Below, in pieces: positions 11,146-22,640 of a DNA stretch of 36,000 nucleotides. Source of the DNA: Octopus bimaculoides. Lineage: Eukaryota. Both the position numbers and the translations under genes were made by a program. The stretch covers positions 3,442,234 to 3,478,233 of the forward strand of contig NC_068997.1 in assembly GCF_001194135.2 (NCBI RefSeq), written 5' to 3'. Under the pieces are notes generated by a model. The model was given only the letters and a program-made list of their open reading frames with translations, was not told the origin of the DNA and ran no database searches. Each line of letters opens with the position of its first letter. Position 1 is the stretch's first letter.

Positions 11146-11839
11146 TTGTAGTCGGTATTCATTGCTGTTGAAGATTTTGACCCCCCACCCCACCCAAAAA
11201 AAAACACGTTTCCAAACTTTAATTTTCCCCCTCTGGCAAAGAAAAAATGTAGGGTGGGAAATTAGGATTTTGAAAACGTGATTCGTCGTTTAGCTGCTGT
11301 GTGTAGCATGTCGAGTTTTCTGTTTGCATACTTTTTATGTCTGCAAATTTAGTAGGCGGGGAGGAATATTTATTTATTTATTTATTTATTTATTTATCTA
11401 TTTACTTATTTATTTAAAGATTGAAATTTTACAAAATATATTTTTTTTTCAGAATCATAATCTCCGTATTTTTCTACATATTTCGCCAAAAAAAAAAAAA
11501 AATTTCTAAAAAGAGTGAAACATTGGGGAGGTGGAGGTAGGGGTGGGGAAATGAATTAAAATTTTGAAATGCCGATGTTTTTTTGCAGATTCGGAATCTC
11601 TGCAGTTGAAAAGATAGGTTTCTGTAGAAAAAGAAAAAAAAAAGAAAAACAATAACCGAAAGTGAGTGTGGTTCATGTCCTTTACCTCCGCTTGTGAGTG
11701 TTGTTGTTGTTGTTGTTTTTGCCATTGTTCTTCTTTACAACCATCAAAACTGCGTAGATATGAAATCCGTGTCTTTCATAGACGTGCTATCTTTTCTATA
11801 GGCTGATAAATTTAGTCCGCCCTGATTCAGTTTAACACC

Positions 11840-11942
11840 GCTGCCACCCCCACCACGACGGCTGCCACCCCTACCACTACCACAATCACCACCACTACCA
11901 CCACTATCACCACTGCCACCACTACCACCACCACCACCACTT
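11840..11942. repeat. Degenerate (ACC)n repeat
   Basis: Direct reading; explains the Gly-rich ORF 11744-11947. Confidence 0.85.
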
Positions 11943-12175
11943 GACAATCGGAAGCCTTTACTAGAGTACTCTAGAGTGGTAAGCTTCTTCCGTCCTTACC
12001 ACCATTTGGTGTTTGGTTGTAAAACATTTGATCACGTCCCTATTCTGAATATGGCAATCGCTGTTCCTCTCACCAGTGAAGGAGGCCCTATATAATGCTA
12101 TGGACGCCACTTTCCGTATACTGACGAATGCATAAATAAAAACTTTTCAGTGTATCACTGGGTTAAGGAAAGCTT

Positions 12176-12349
12176 CGTGGCCTGCCCTGCACAAGATGGT
12201 TGGACATGATTGGGGGAGATCTCGTGGGGCTCAACGTCACCTTGGAGGATGCAGAGGGTCTTGCACGGGACCGCCCGCGATGGAGAGCAATGGTGGAACT
12301 GGATGTCTCTACGCATAATTACGTTTTTAGGACCACTAACCAGGTATGA
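12176..12349 (+). mobile_element. RTE-type LINE ORF2 C-terminal remnant
   Basis: Frame from 12176 reads RGLPCTRWLDMIGGDLVGLNVTLEDAEGLARDRPRWRAMVELDVSTH..., matching the typical RTE-like C-terminus RGRP..RW.D....DL......A..LA.DR..WR..V. Confidence 0.75.
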
Positions 12350-12526
12350 CCCCAACCCCATCAGGCAAGAGCATAAAGAGAAGCGAGCAAAGCAATATGT
12401 CGTTCTTTTTTAGATATTGCGGAATGATTTGAAATGGATTCAGTCGCTACTTTTCGTAGGACGAGCAACCATGTAGAGTCCCTTCCCCTGAGTGAACTGG
12501 AGTCCCCTCACTTGAGTGAACTGGAG

Positions 12527-12625
12527 CTACGTGAAATGAAGTGATTTGCTCAAGAACACAACGCACCACCCGATTTAAGAATCGAAACCATAATATTTCG
12601 ATCATGAGTGCATCACCCTAACCAA
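12527..12625 (-). mobile_element. SINE head fragment (same family as 2860-2965)
   Basis: tgctcaagaacacaacgcaccacccga...gaatcgaaacc..gatcatgagtgc..ccctaacca is the reverse complement of a tRNA-like head plus CORE-like block. Confidence 0.6.
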
Positions 12626-12651
12626 AAATCACGACCTTGTACAATATGCAT

Positions 12652-12697
<46 letters not shown>

Positions 12698-12745
12698 TTC
12701 ATTTAGAGAATTAACATTGCTTATATATATATATATATATACATA

Positions 12746-12805
12746 CAGGTACCGAACCTCTTACCCGGCAACCTTGGGACCGGAGGTGGTCCGGATTTCT
12801 GGACA
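12746..12805 (+). mobile_element. Possible Tigger/pogo-type MITE terminal repeat
   Basis: TA followed by caggtaccgaacctcttacccggcaaccttgggaccggaggtggtccggatt resembles pogo-MITE ends from memory. No matching right end was found. Confidence 0.3.
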
Positions 12806-13727
12806 TAGGCTAAATATATACCAAACATATAAAATAAACAACGGAAAGTAAAGAACAAAATTGTATAACAGACACAAGTTAATATATTTCTGAAGCAGGG
12901 TCTGTTTGATCTGACGTCGTGTGACGCATACGCCACGAAAACCAAGACAAAAGGGTCGCTCGGCGAACTACTACAGCCCGTGAAATTCAAAGCTAGCCAG
13001 TTCCCAAAAAATCTGAAACTTAACAGTGAAATTCTTTCACTGGTTGAATAAGCCGTCAGGCGAAACAGAAACACCCAACTAGCGGGAATTTTATAATATA
13101 TATATATATGATGGGGGTGTTTTTGTCTGTGTGCGAGCGTATGCATACTCATGTATTTATTTAAAAGTATGTGTTTCAAAGACATACAGACAGACAAAGA
13201 AAGTTTGTATAATAGTTAGAATGTATATTTAAGAATTGCTTTATATTCATGCATCATTTGTAATGCCGGAAAATTGCCCACTCATAAGAATGACTCGGCT
13301 ACATGTCTATGAATGCTATAGTATTTACAAATGAATAGATACAACCGTATGTATATATACGTACGTGTCTAGGTGGTGTTGTACTTAGATTTGATGGAGT
13401 AAATATGTGCGTATAGATAATTCATTCAAAGACACTTTTAGCCCAGATCAGCATTCACACATTCATATGTCGTCATTCAAGCCTTCAAATAGTATGTCAC
13501 ATCTCTAATGTATGCTAATTTATTCCAGCACACTAGTTAGCACTCGTAAGCACTACTACATCCGTGCGTATACATGCATACATACGCACCCGCACACACA
13601 CTTATACACACACATACACACATGTATATGTATACATATGTATACACAAACGTACAAATATATATATGTATAATATGTATACATAAACGTACATATATAT
13701 ATACACATATATACACATGTATGCGTT

Positions 13728-13774
<47 letters not shown>

Positions 13775-13988
13775 AATATGGTAATTAATCATATATCAAT
13801 TAATATCGATTAATTACCAGGAGGCCAGCACATTCTATATCTATATCTATATCTATCTATATATATATATATATATATACATGTCATTTCTCAGTGGGAG
13901 CGCGTTTGCTTGTTTGTATATATATTTATTTATGCATGTCGATATGTATAAATGTAAATATATGACTATGTATATGTATATGCATATA

Positions 13989-14853
13989 CAAGGTCCGAGC
14001 AATAAATGTCCGGACTGTTGGTATAGTAACGAGGCTAAAGCACGCAGAGTGAAGCCGCTGGGCAAAGAATGACCTTGAACTGTGCTATGCATGCGCATTA
14101 TGTCTTAACGTTCTAGCTTACCTGCGTTGTTTAAAGCAGTGCTTAGAAAGAAGAGGTGTAGCGTGTGATCGTCGCATTGACCATGACAGTGAAAGTTATC
14201 ATGGCCATACTTTCTCAGAGGCCTACACAAAGTTGCAGAAAGTGTACGAAGAGGAGTGTATGAGCCACACACACAAGTGTACGAGTGATTCAGAGGTCTC
14301 CTAGAGGACCGAAAAAATGTCCTTATTGACGAACTTTCAGGGAAACTTGCAGCCAACAGAACTGAGAAAAACATCGCAGACATACGTGCAACAATGAGGT
14401 GGGGATCGTCGAATCACCATCCGTGAGTTATCAGAGGATATGCAGATTAGTTACGGTTCAGTTCAGTTTATTGTCACTGAAGATTTGGGTATGAGACGCG
14501 TGTCTGCCAAGTTTGTTGCAAAACTGCTTTCAGCTGACCAAAAGGACACTCGGGTTTCAGTTGTACAAGATTTCTTTGATTGCGTCGAGATCGATGAAAG
14601 CTTTTTGAAAACTTTGCGTGAGCCTCTGAGTAGATCCTCTGCTTAACTTTTTCTGCCATGGTCAATGAGATGATCACAAGCTACACACCTCCCTTCGAAG
14701 CACAACTGTAAACAGCGGAAGTGAGCAAGAACGTTAAAACTTAGTGCACCTGCACACCAGAGTCCAAGGTAAATCTGTGTGAAGTGGCTTCACTCGGCGT
14801 GCTTTAGCATCGTTACTATGGCAGCAGTCCGGATAATTATTGATCAGACCACG
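13989..14853 (+). mobile_element. Non-autonomous fold-back mariner derivative with about 245-bp inverted arms
   Basis: Left end TA-caaggtccgagcaataaatgtccggactg; right end reverse complement cgtggtctgatcaataattatccggactg. The plus strand encodes decayed transposase N-terminus (SEAYTKLQKVY...DRRITIRELSEDMQISYGSVQ..TEDLGMRRVSAKFV.KLLSADQK..FLKTL). The right arm is an inverted 5' end (MAEKVKQRI..SEAHAK; ATG at 14659). Confidence 0.9.
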
Positions 14854-15236
14854 TGTATGTATATATATATATGCGAGTAAAAATAAATACAAAAAAAGAC
14901 GTTTTGTATGATTGTGTATAGAGGAATATATTATTTTGTTTAAAAGAGTTCCAACACTGTCTGTTTTTTATGTTTTATTTATATTCCTGCAAAACCAATG
15001 TGGGATATAGAATATGGAATATACAATATATAATATAATATACAATATATAATATAAAATAAAAATGGATGGTACAATGAAATAAAGTATTGAATGTCTT
15101 ATTGAATATATGGAATATGTCTTATTGAATAGATGAAATATTGAGTGTTCAATATAAAGGATTAAATATATAAAAGTGAATACGTATTTTCTATACCTTG
15201 TGGTATTTCATCATGGCCGGTATGACAGACTTTTAC

Positions 15237-15291
<55 letters not shown>

Positions 15292-15566
15292 CATATATAC
15301 ATATACATACACACTTTCACACAGACATACGTACACCCATGTGAGTGTTTGTGAGCGTGTGTACCTGTGTGTGTGTGTTTGAGTGTGCCTTTGTCCGTGG
15401 TGTGTTTCTGTGCTTCCCTCTTTCTAGGTTATTGTACTCTAAGCTTGGATTTGTACATGTGCTGTTGTACCAATCATTGTCCTACTGGTATATCTATTAG
15501 TACATTTACTAATCTACAAAATAAGTCAATTGTTTAAACCATTTTGTCCGTCTGTCTGTCTGTCAG

Positions 15567-15571
15567 TTTGC

Positions 15572-15650
<79 letters not shown>
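15567..15650. repeat. (CT)n microsatellite
   Basis: Direct reading. Confidence 0.95.
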
Positions 15651-15652
<2 letters not shown>

Positions 15653-15919
15653 GAATAAGTGTAATAACTGTTTACGCTGATCTCAGACGCACTACGGTGT
15701 CTAAGACGGTGGTGAGGAAGGGAAACCAACTGGCGATCATTGTCCCCGCTACAAAAGGAAAGATTAAGTTACAGCGCATCACACAAGTACTCACAACATA
15801 GGTAGGTAGATAGATACTAGTCTCTCTCTCTCCCTCTCTTTCTTTCTGTCTCTCTCGTTCTCTCCCTCTCTCAGTATCCCACCATATTAATTCCACCGCT
15901 ACTAATTCCAAAATGCATC

Positions 15920-16400
15920 ATGATTACAACAACCGCCGCCGTCACCACCGCCGCCACCAGAACCACCATTACTACAACCTGTCACAACCACCAGAGCCAC
16001 CACCACCACCACCACCATCATTAATGACACCACCATCCATTTAATCACCTGAGTTACCAACACCACTACCACTGCAACCACCACAACCACCATACCACCA
16101 TCACCAACACAACTTTCTACCACCACCACCACCACCACCACCACTACCAGATCTACAACCATCACCACCAACAGAGTCACAATCATCTGAGCGACAATCA
16201 CCCAACCACCGCCAACACAGCGATCACCAACATCCCAACCGTCACCACCACCACCATTACTTCCACTACTACCTGAACCATCGCTAATATTACCAAACTC
16301 ACCACTACCACCACCAGTGAGACCACCATCCCCACAATTATCATACCTTCCACCGCCACCTCCACCACCACCACCACCACCACCACTACCTCCTCCAACA
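15920..16400. repeat. Long degenerate (ACC/ACT/ATC)n cryptic trinucleotide repeat
   Basis: Direct reading; source of the Gly/Val-rich pseudo-ORFs 15902-16417 and 16198-16473. Confidence 0.85.
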
Positions 16401-16593
16401 TAACTGCCTGAGTACATTTACTATATTTGTTATTACAAGATACAATGATTCCGATAAGAAAACCCAGCAACATTCGACAATGCTGGGTCTGGAAGAGAAC
16501 ATCAAACGTATAGTTACAACAACAACAACAGCTGCTGCTGCTGCTACTACTCCTACTAGTACATGAAAAATTAACTTATATACACGCAGAGAA

Positions 16594-16812
16594 AACATAT
16601 CCTTAACATAACTGGAAGAGCATCCCATAGTCTTGCCCTGCTTCTTTTCGAAACCAGAAAATATATAATACATCAGCCCTTTCGAACACATGCAGACACT
16701 CTACAATGGCTGAAGTGAGTGGCCTATAATGAAGTACTAGTCTCACATCAAGGACAGTGTTACTACAACACATGCAGACATCCTGGGCAACATCCAAAGA
16801 AGAGCCAAAGCA
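16594..16812 (+). mobile_element. CR1/L2-type LINE remnant (post-RT region)
   Basis: Translates KHILNITGRASHSLALLF..RKY and MQTLYNG*SEWPIMKY*SHIKDSVTTTHADILGNIQRRAKAV, matching the CR1/L2 motif LLTLYKA.VRP.MEY.SHIW.......L..IQRRA. Confidence 0.7.
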
Positions 16813-17009
16813 GTATGCTATTTTCAGCAACATGCAGGTAAAACTAAACCTATATGCATGACAATAGAAAAACTTTTATAATCAAAATACAAAAAACAAT
16901 TAGTCACGTTGATTATAAATCAGTTCTATCTCCACAATCAAATAAAGAACAAAAGGCGAAACAGAATGAAAAATAAAATTGAGCGTTTAGAGATAATTAC
17001 CCTTTCTAC

Positions 17010-17215
17010 TAAAGGCACAAGGCCTGAAATTTGGCGGGAGAGGACTAGTCGATTACATTGGATCGCAGTGTTTCACTGGTACTTATTTCATTGACCCGAA
17101 AGGATGAAAGGCAAAGTCGACCTCGGTGGAATTTGAACTCAGAACGTAGTGACGGGTGAAATACCGCTAAGCATTTTGTCCAGCGGTGCTATCGATTCTG
17201 CCAGCTCACCGCCTT
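17010..17215 (-). mobile_element. SINE family A, near full length
   Basis: Minus strand aaggcggtgagctggcagaatcgatagcacc...gttctgagttcaaattccaccgaggtcgactttgcctttcatcctttcgggtcaatgaaataagtaccagt. Confidence 0.9.
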
Positions 17216-17844
17216 GTTTAGAGACGATAATGTGATAAAGCAATGAAGACTGACCATTTCTGTACTTTAGCGTTTAGATTATCCCTCGCCTTTCACGACA
17301 AAACATCTGACTCCGTTCTACACCTTCACTCTTGTTTTTATTCTTCGTTCTGTTTTGCGTCTCCCTCAGCATCATTCGGGTCAACGCCTTTTCCAGTTTG
17401 CCTGCCGGGACCATGGAGCAGACTGATAAGTCCTTTTAGTTATAGCTGTTGTATCTCTTGAGATTCCAAATAGAAAAAGAAATAGTCTAACACTTAATAT
17501 CTTTATTTTTATTCTCTTACTTTATATTTCTGAAGCTGATGCCTCAACATTATATACCATTTTTCCAATGGTGCTCGCTTCACCCACAAGAAGTAGCAAA
17601 ACTTATTACACTTTACCAGAGTACAAACAAACACGTAAACACAGGACGCTCAATGCAATAAAGCTCTTTGATTGCAAGGTTAGAGGTCTGCACGAACAGT
17701 AAACACTCGATAAATATCATTCTCTTCCCTCCCACTCTCTCTCACTTTCTCTCTCTCTCGCTCTTTTCTCTTTCTTGTATCATCTATATATCTATCTATC
17801 TATTGTCTATACGCATACATAGATACATTTACATAAACACACAC

Positions 17845-17848
17845 ACGC

Positions 17849-17908
<60 letters not shown>

Positions 17909-17910
17909 TT
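17845..17910. repeat. (TA)n within a compound TA/TG/CA tract (about 17830-18060)
   Basis: Direct reading. Confidence 0.9.
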
Positions 17911-18294
17911 GTATGTATTATGTATGTGTGTATTATGTGTGCGTGCATATGTGTGTACATGCGTGTGTGTATATCTATACATATGAATGTATGTATACAC
18001 AGATACACGCACACAAGCACACACACCACGTAAACACACCTACATGGTCACACATTCCTACGCATATATATATGTAGGGTGGGTGTAAACAAAACAGGAA
18101 CGTTTGTTTGATAGTTTGTAAGCAATTTCTCTTGTTTTGTGTTGTTTTAGTGCTCTGTGACATACCCGACACCAAACGATACGTAGTCAATAACACCAGT
18201 TTTATTTTCGTAGATATACGAGACTACACAGAAAGTTGTAAATACTGGTTGTTTGTAGTACTGTTTATATTTTAAAACACGCGCGCGCGTGTGT

Positions 18295-18506
18295 GTGCAT
18301 AGACAATTAAAAAAACAGAAAAAAAGAAAAAGACGAACGTGAGGACGTGCACAAGAAATATATTAATTGGACTGGACGCTCGGTGAAGGGAGAGAGTTGT
18401 TGTTAGCGTTTCGAGCATAGCCCTTCGTCGGAAACGTGAAAGTCCAAAGAGAAAGAAGGAAAAATAAGGAAATATCGCCAACAGTCCATGTGCGGTTAAA
18501 TTTTGA

Positions 18507-18508
<2 letters not shown>
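18295..18508 (-). mobile_element. Solo Penelope-type pLTR remnant (sister family)
   Basis: Same architecture as the 7880-8060 and 21790-21958 pLTRs: pyrimidine tract, hammerhead-like core, downstream cgagcgtc motif (plus strand gacgctcgg 18375-18383). Confidence 0.65.
18402..18435 (-). ncRNA. Degenerate minimal hammerhead (U4C, U16.1C)
   Basis: RNA: GUUU-CCGACGA-A-GGGC UAU GCUC-GAA-ACGC-U-AAC. Stem II is intact and A6 is retained; the stem III palindrome is broken. Confidence 0.5.

Positions 18509-18568
<60 letters not shown>
18508..18568. repeat. (TG)n microsatellite
   Basis: Direct reading. Confidence 0.95.
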
Positions 18569-18570
<2 letters not shown>

Positions 18571-18777
18571 AACATAACTCAAGTGGTGGTGATGGAGTGG
18601 TTGTTTAGAAAATACATGGGAAGAGAGCTGAGCATTGCTCCAACTTTCAGCTCAGTCAGTTGGTACAGTATGACTTCTAAGTCCAGCTTACCAGTTTCAT
18701 TTGTGATGGAGGAATTTCAATCCACCGAGGTCAGGCAATCATATTCCTTTTATCTGAAGATGATATAGTCATCGTAC

Positions 18778-18778
18778 C

Positions 18779-18867
<89 letters not shown>
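18778..18867. repeat. (TAA)n microsatellite, about 30 units
   Basis: Direct reading. Confidence 0.95.
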
Positions 18868-18869
<2 letters not shown>

Positions 18870-18874
18870 TAAAC

Positions 18875-19870
18875 ATAAAGCACGGTCGAATGTGAAAACC
18901 GAGACATGTGGAGGTTAGAAAGGTCTACTGGAAACTCCTGGAGATTGTTTGAGTTGTCTGTCAGAGATGGTTAGAAAATGACAACTCTACACGAGGAGAT
19001 GGAGAATATCAGTGCAAAAGCTTTGTAATTCTCACCAGAGACAATGGATACATAATTTGAACAGGCACTCGAGTGCTCAATATTCAGGAAGGAACCCTGG
19101 AGTATTGACCAGGGAAAATTGCCATTGCTACTGCGTGCTGTAGCTGACATCTTGCCAATCATAAATAACCTTAAAATATGAGTTAAAGAGGAAGATCAAT
19201 CATGCAAGTAATACAGAGCAACTCTTCGCACACTGAACCACATTTCGCTCGGATGTCCTGAGTCTGATACAAGTTTAGGCATAACAAATGCCTTATCGAA
19301 ATCGCCAAATATACAAACCTGTAGAAGGTTAGGTCAACAAACAACAGTTATCACCACCTGGTGGGTATCATATTCCGAGGAGAAGGTGACAAGGTTCCAA
19401 CGACGAAACCAATCCTGGGTAACCAGATATCTACATTGCATGGAGTTTCGGGTTGGGAAATGTAAGCAGAGTTGAAAGGCAGCGATAATATCGTTCCGGC
19501 TATACATGTTCCTGCTCCCAAGAAGTGCAAAACCAATCTTCATACTTGAACATACAGTACTCTGGATGGACATACTCGACATTTCTCATTTGTTAAAGGA
19601 AACCAGGCACATGTCAAGGATGGCTCGCAGAACTCGTTCTCAATCGAAATAGTTTGTCACAACCTTCCAGCCAGTTCGATGCGCGATTTGCCGCAGAAGA
19701 TTGGTCTGGAATCCAAACGAATGAAGAAAGTCACCTTGGAGATAGACATGGCACATGTAACCAGTTCGTGGTGGCCGTGGTTGGCAAGAGACTGCATGAG
19801 GAACCTTCCGCTGCTGAAAACTAATTCAGTCCTTGCTGCCCAACTCAGGCGACGCGTACAGGCCAAGGAG
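18875..19870 (+). mobile_element. REL-endonuclease LINE (Hero/NeSL-like, R2 superfamily) 3' remnant
   Basis: Decayed frames read WSIDQGKLPLLLRAVADILP..NLKI*VKEEDQSCK*....TLNHISLGCP (CCHC knuckle), FRHNKCLIEIAKY, FRLYMFLLPRSAKPIFILEHTVLW (cf. LRPD.VL.S....I.IELTVPW), FSIEIVCHNLPASSM (cf. FPVEVGCRGF), TSSWWPWLAR (cf. SSWLWL.R). Confidence 0.75.
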
Positions 19871-20764
19871 TAAAACATGTGTGACCCTGAGATACGTGCT
19901 GTTGATATAGAGGGATTTCCAATGTCCACCTCCATTTAAAAGAGTGTATATATGAGAGTATTCTTGTTCTCGTCGAGCTTTATTGAAACACATAACCAAA
20001 ACACTCTTTTTTTTTTCTTCTTCTTCTTCTTCTGCTAGATGCATTGCCTCGAAAGTGATCCCTCCCCAAACGCCTACTTCTAACGCCATTTTACGATCTG
20101 TTTTATGACAACTTTCTGGCATGACATGCGCACATTACACTGTCGTATTTCTAACTTTGCCTTTGTCATATATAAAAACCTATAAAATCTCTCTAAAACA
20201 TTTTCAATTTAATAATTTCTTTTTATATTGCGTTTGCTCCTTCCGTTCCTTTGGACACATTCTCGAATAGAAAAATAATTAATAATCTATGACAGCTGAA
20301 GCTTTTCTTTAAATAAAAAATACTTCCATAGATGGTCATTGTCAAAGGCATGTCAAATAGAACGTGACATGAACGAACCCCAGGCAAGACAAGTAAGCGG
20401 CAAACATTAAAAGCTAATTATTTTTATGAAATTAAATATACCCGAGAAAGTCCATTCAAATTGTGACGCCTGCGCTGACACTATCTAACAATATAAACAT
20501 ATATATATATATANNNNNNNNNNNNNNNNNNNNNNNNNNNNNNNNNNNNNNNNNNNNNNNNNNNNNNNNNNNNNNNNNNNNNNNNNNNNNNNNNNNNNNN
20601 NNNNNNNNNNNNNNNNNNNNNNNNNNNNNNNNNNNNNNNNNNNNNNNNNNNNNNNNNNNNNNNNNNNNNNNNNNNNNNNNNNNNNNNNNNNNNNNNNNNN
20701 NNNNNNNNNNNNNNNNNNNNNNNNNNNNNNNNNNNNNNNNNNNNNNNNNNNNNNNNNNNNNNNN

Positions 20765-20844
<80 letters not shown>

Positions 20845-20880
20845 GAGTGCGAGAGAGAAGGAGAGAGAGAGAGATAGATA
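20765..20880. repeat. (GA)n microsatellite at gap edge
   Basis: Direct reading. Confidence 0.95.
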
Positions 20881-21458
20881 CGCCCATACATATTTATATA
20901 TATATATATATATATTCATTTGTTTCAATGTATATATGTTTCTGTAGGTATGTGTCTATGTGTGTGTGCGTGTGTGCATGTGCGCGCGCGTGCGCATTTG
21001 TGTGTGTTTGTTTATGTGTGTGTATCGTCATGATTAACTAGGTGATAATTTTTATATAGTTTTAATTGTGAATTATATAAAGAAGAACTACCATCCGTGA
21101 ATTCGGAACACATCGAGTTGTATCATTGAAGGAAAACGAAAAAATGAATGATAGTGCTATCATTTGTATGTTAAACAAGATATACATGTCAACAAACATA
21201 TGCATGACAGTAATAAATGTACGTTTGCGTATATATACATAAAGCTACGTGTATATATATATGTGTGTGTTTTCGTGTATAAACATGTTTCACCTTAGTT
21301 GACATCTGTAGACAGTTTAACGGCGACAAAACGGTGACTTCGAATCTATTCTTCATCTTTTCCTTGTAAAAACTAAATGTGATACTCTATTGAGGGGCAT
21401 TCAGGGATTTTTCCAGTTATGTTTGTTATTTGCCCGTTTACATATATATATATAAATA

Positions 21459-21495
<37 letters not shown>

Positions 21496-21789
21496 NNNNN
21501 NNNNNNNNNNNNNNNNNNNNNNNNNNNNNNNNNNNNNNNNNNNNNNNNNNNNNNNNNNNNNNNNNNNNNNNNNNNNNNNNNNNNNNNNNNNNNNNNNNNN
21601 NNNNNNNNNNNNNNNNNNNNNNNNNNNNNNNNNNNNNNNNNNNNNNNNNNNNNNNNNNNNNNNNNNNNNNNNNNNNNNNNNNNNNNNNNNNNNNNNNNNN
21701 NNNNNNNNNNNNNNNNNNNNNNNNNNNNNNNNNNNNNNNNNNNNNNNNNNNNNNNNNNNNNNNNNNNNNNNNNNNNNNNNNNNNNATAT

Positions 21790-21958
21790 ATATGGGAGAA
21801 TATACAAATAATAACAACAGACGAGGACAGGTGGTGTAAATAACAAAAGTATATATTAGTATGACGCTCGGGAATACGGAAAGTCTTTGACGTTTCGAGC
21901 TACGCTCTTCAACAGAAAGAATACGGAGACAAGGAGAAAAACACGGAGAAAAAAAAAA
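21790..21958 (-). mobile_element. Penelope pLTR (same family as 7880-8060)
   Basis: gacgctcgggaa...aaagtctttgacgtttcgagctacgctcttcaacagaaagaa aligns with 7929-7990; the rest of the element may lie in the adjacent gap. Confidence 0.8.
21884..21920 (-). ncRNA. Minimal type I hammerhead ribozyme, A6U core variant
   Basis: RNA: UCUUU-CUGUUGA-A-GAGC GUA GCUC-GAA-ACGU-C^AAAGA. Perfect 5-bp stem I, 4-bp stem II, palindromic ACGU, GUC cleavage triplet. Only A6 deviates from the core. Confidence 0.7.
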
Positions 21959-22335
21959 TTGTATGTTAAACAAGATATACATGTCAACAAACATATGCAT
22001 GACAGTAATAAATGTACGTTTGCGTATATATACATAAAGCTACGTATATATATATATATATATAAATGTATGCGTATTTTCTCAGTGTGTACAAATAACA
22101 CGAACAAATTAAATAAATTGTTACCAGGGTAGCAAAAATTCACATATGTGCCAAGGATGTAAAGGTCTACTTATAAAGGTAGAAATTCCAGGGATAAGTG
22201 AAATGTTTTTTATAACATAGTTAAATTAATAAATGGAGTTAAACGCAGGTGTTATTCAAATCTTGATATGTGTGTGTGTGTGTGTGTTTATATGTATATA
22301 TACATACATTTATATATATGCATACATATATATAA

Positions 22336-22640
22336 TGGCACTCTGTTGGTTACGATGGCGAGGGTTCCTGTTGACCTATCAACGGAAAAGGCTTCTCATG
22401 AAATTAGCGTGCAAGTGGCTGAGCACTCCACAGACACGTGTACCCTTAACGTAGTTCTGGGGGAGATTCAGCGTAGCGCAGAATGTGACAAGGATGGCCC
22501 TTTGAAAACCAGGTAGTTCTTACTTTTGTCAGCTGAGTGGACCGAAGCAACGTGAAATAAAGTGTCTTGCTCAATGACAGAGCGCGTCGCCGGAAATTGA
22601 ACTCACGACATTCCGATCGTGAGTCGAATACTCGAATCAC
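22336..22640 (-). mobile_element. SINE family C, full length
   Basis: Reverse complement of 3464-3758 plus the intact tail (cgtaaccaacagagtgcca); B box gagttcaatttcc; CORE-like ttgagcaagacactttatttcacgttgc. Confidence 0.9.

Noticed and set aside
11170-11640. Recurrent ttt(c)aaa..tttaatt..ttcccc motifs in both orientations suggesting a MITE
   Set aside because: Low-complexity similarity only; no definable TIR or TSD.
12476-12526. CRISPR-like repeat-spacer pattern
   Set aside because: Only two units with a 6-nt variable part, in eukaryotic DNA with no cas genes.
15902-16473. Gly/Val-rich ORFs resembling structural proteins (also 11744-11947, 10904-11119)
   Set aside because: Produced by degenerate ACC/TGT trinucleotide repeats; no splice or domain evidence.
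17243-17461. Possible small exon on the minus strand
   Set aside because: Weak splice sites, stops in the frames reachable from the acceptor, and no recognisable protein motif.
18748-18785. CUGAAGA-U-GAU/AUC-G.. followed by AAUAA
   Set aside because: GAAA is replaced by GUAC and there is no stem III; the apparent stem I comes from the TAA repeat.
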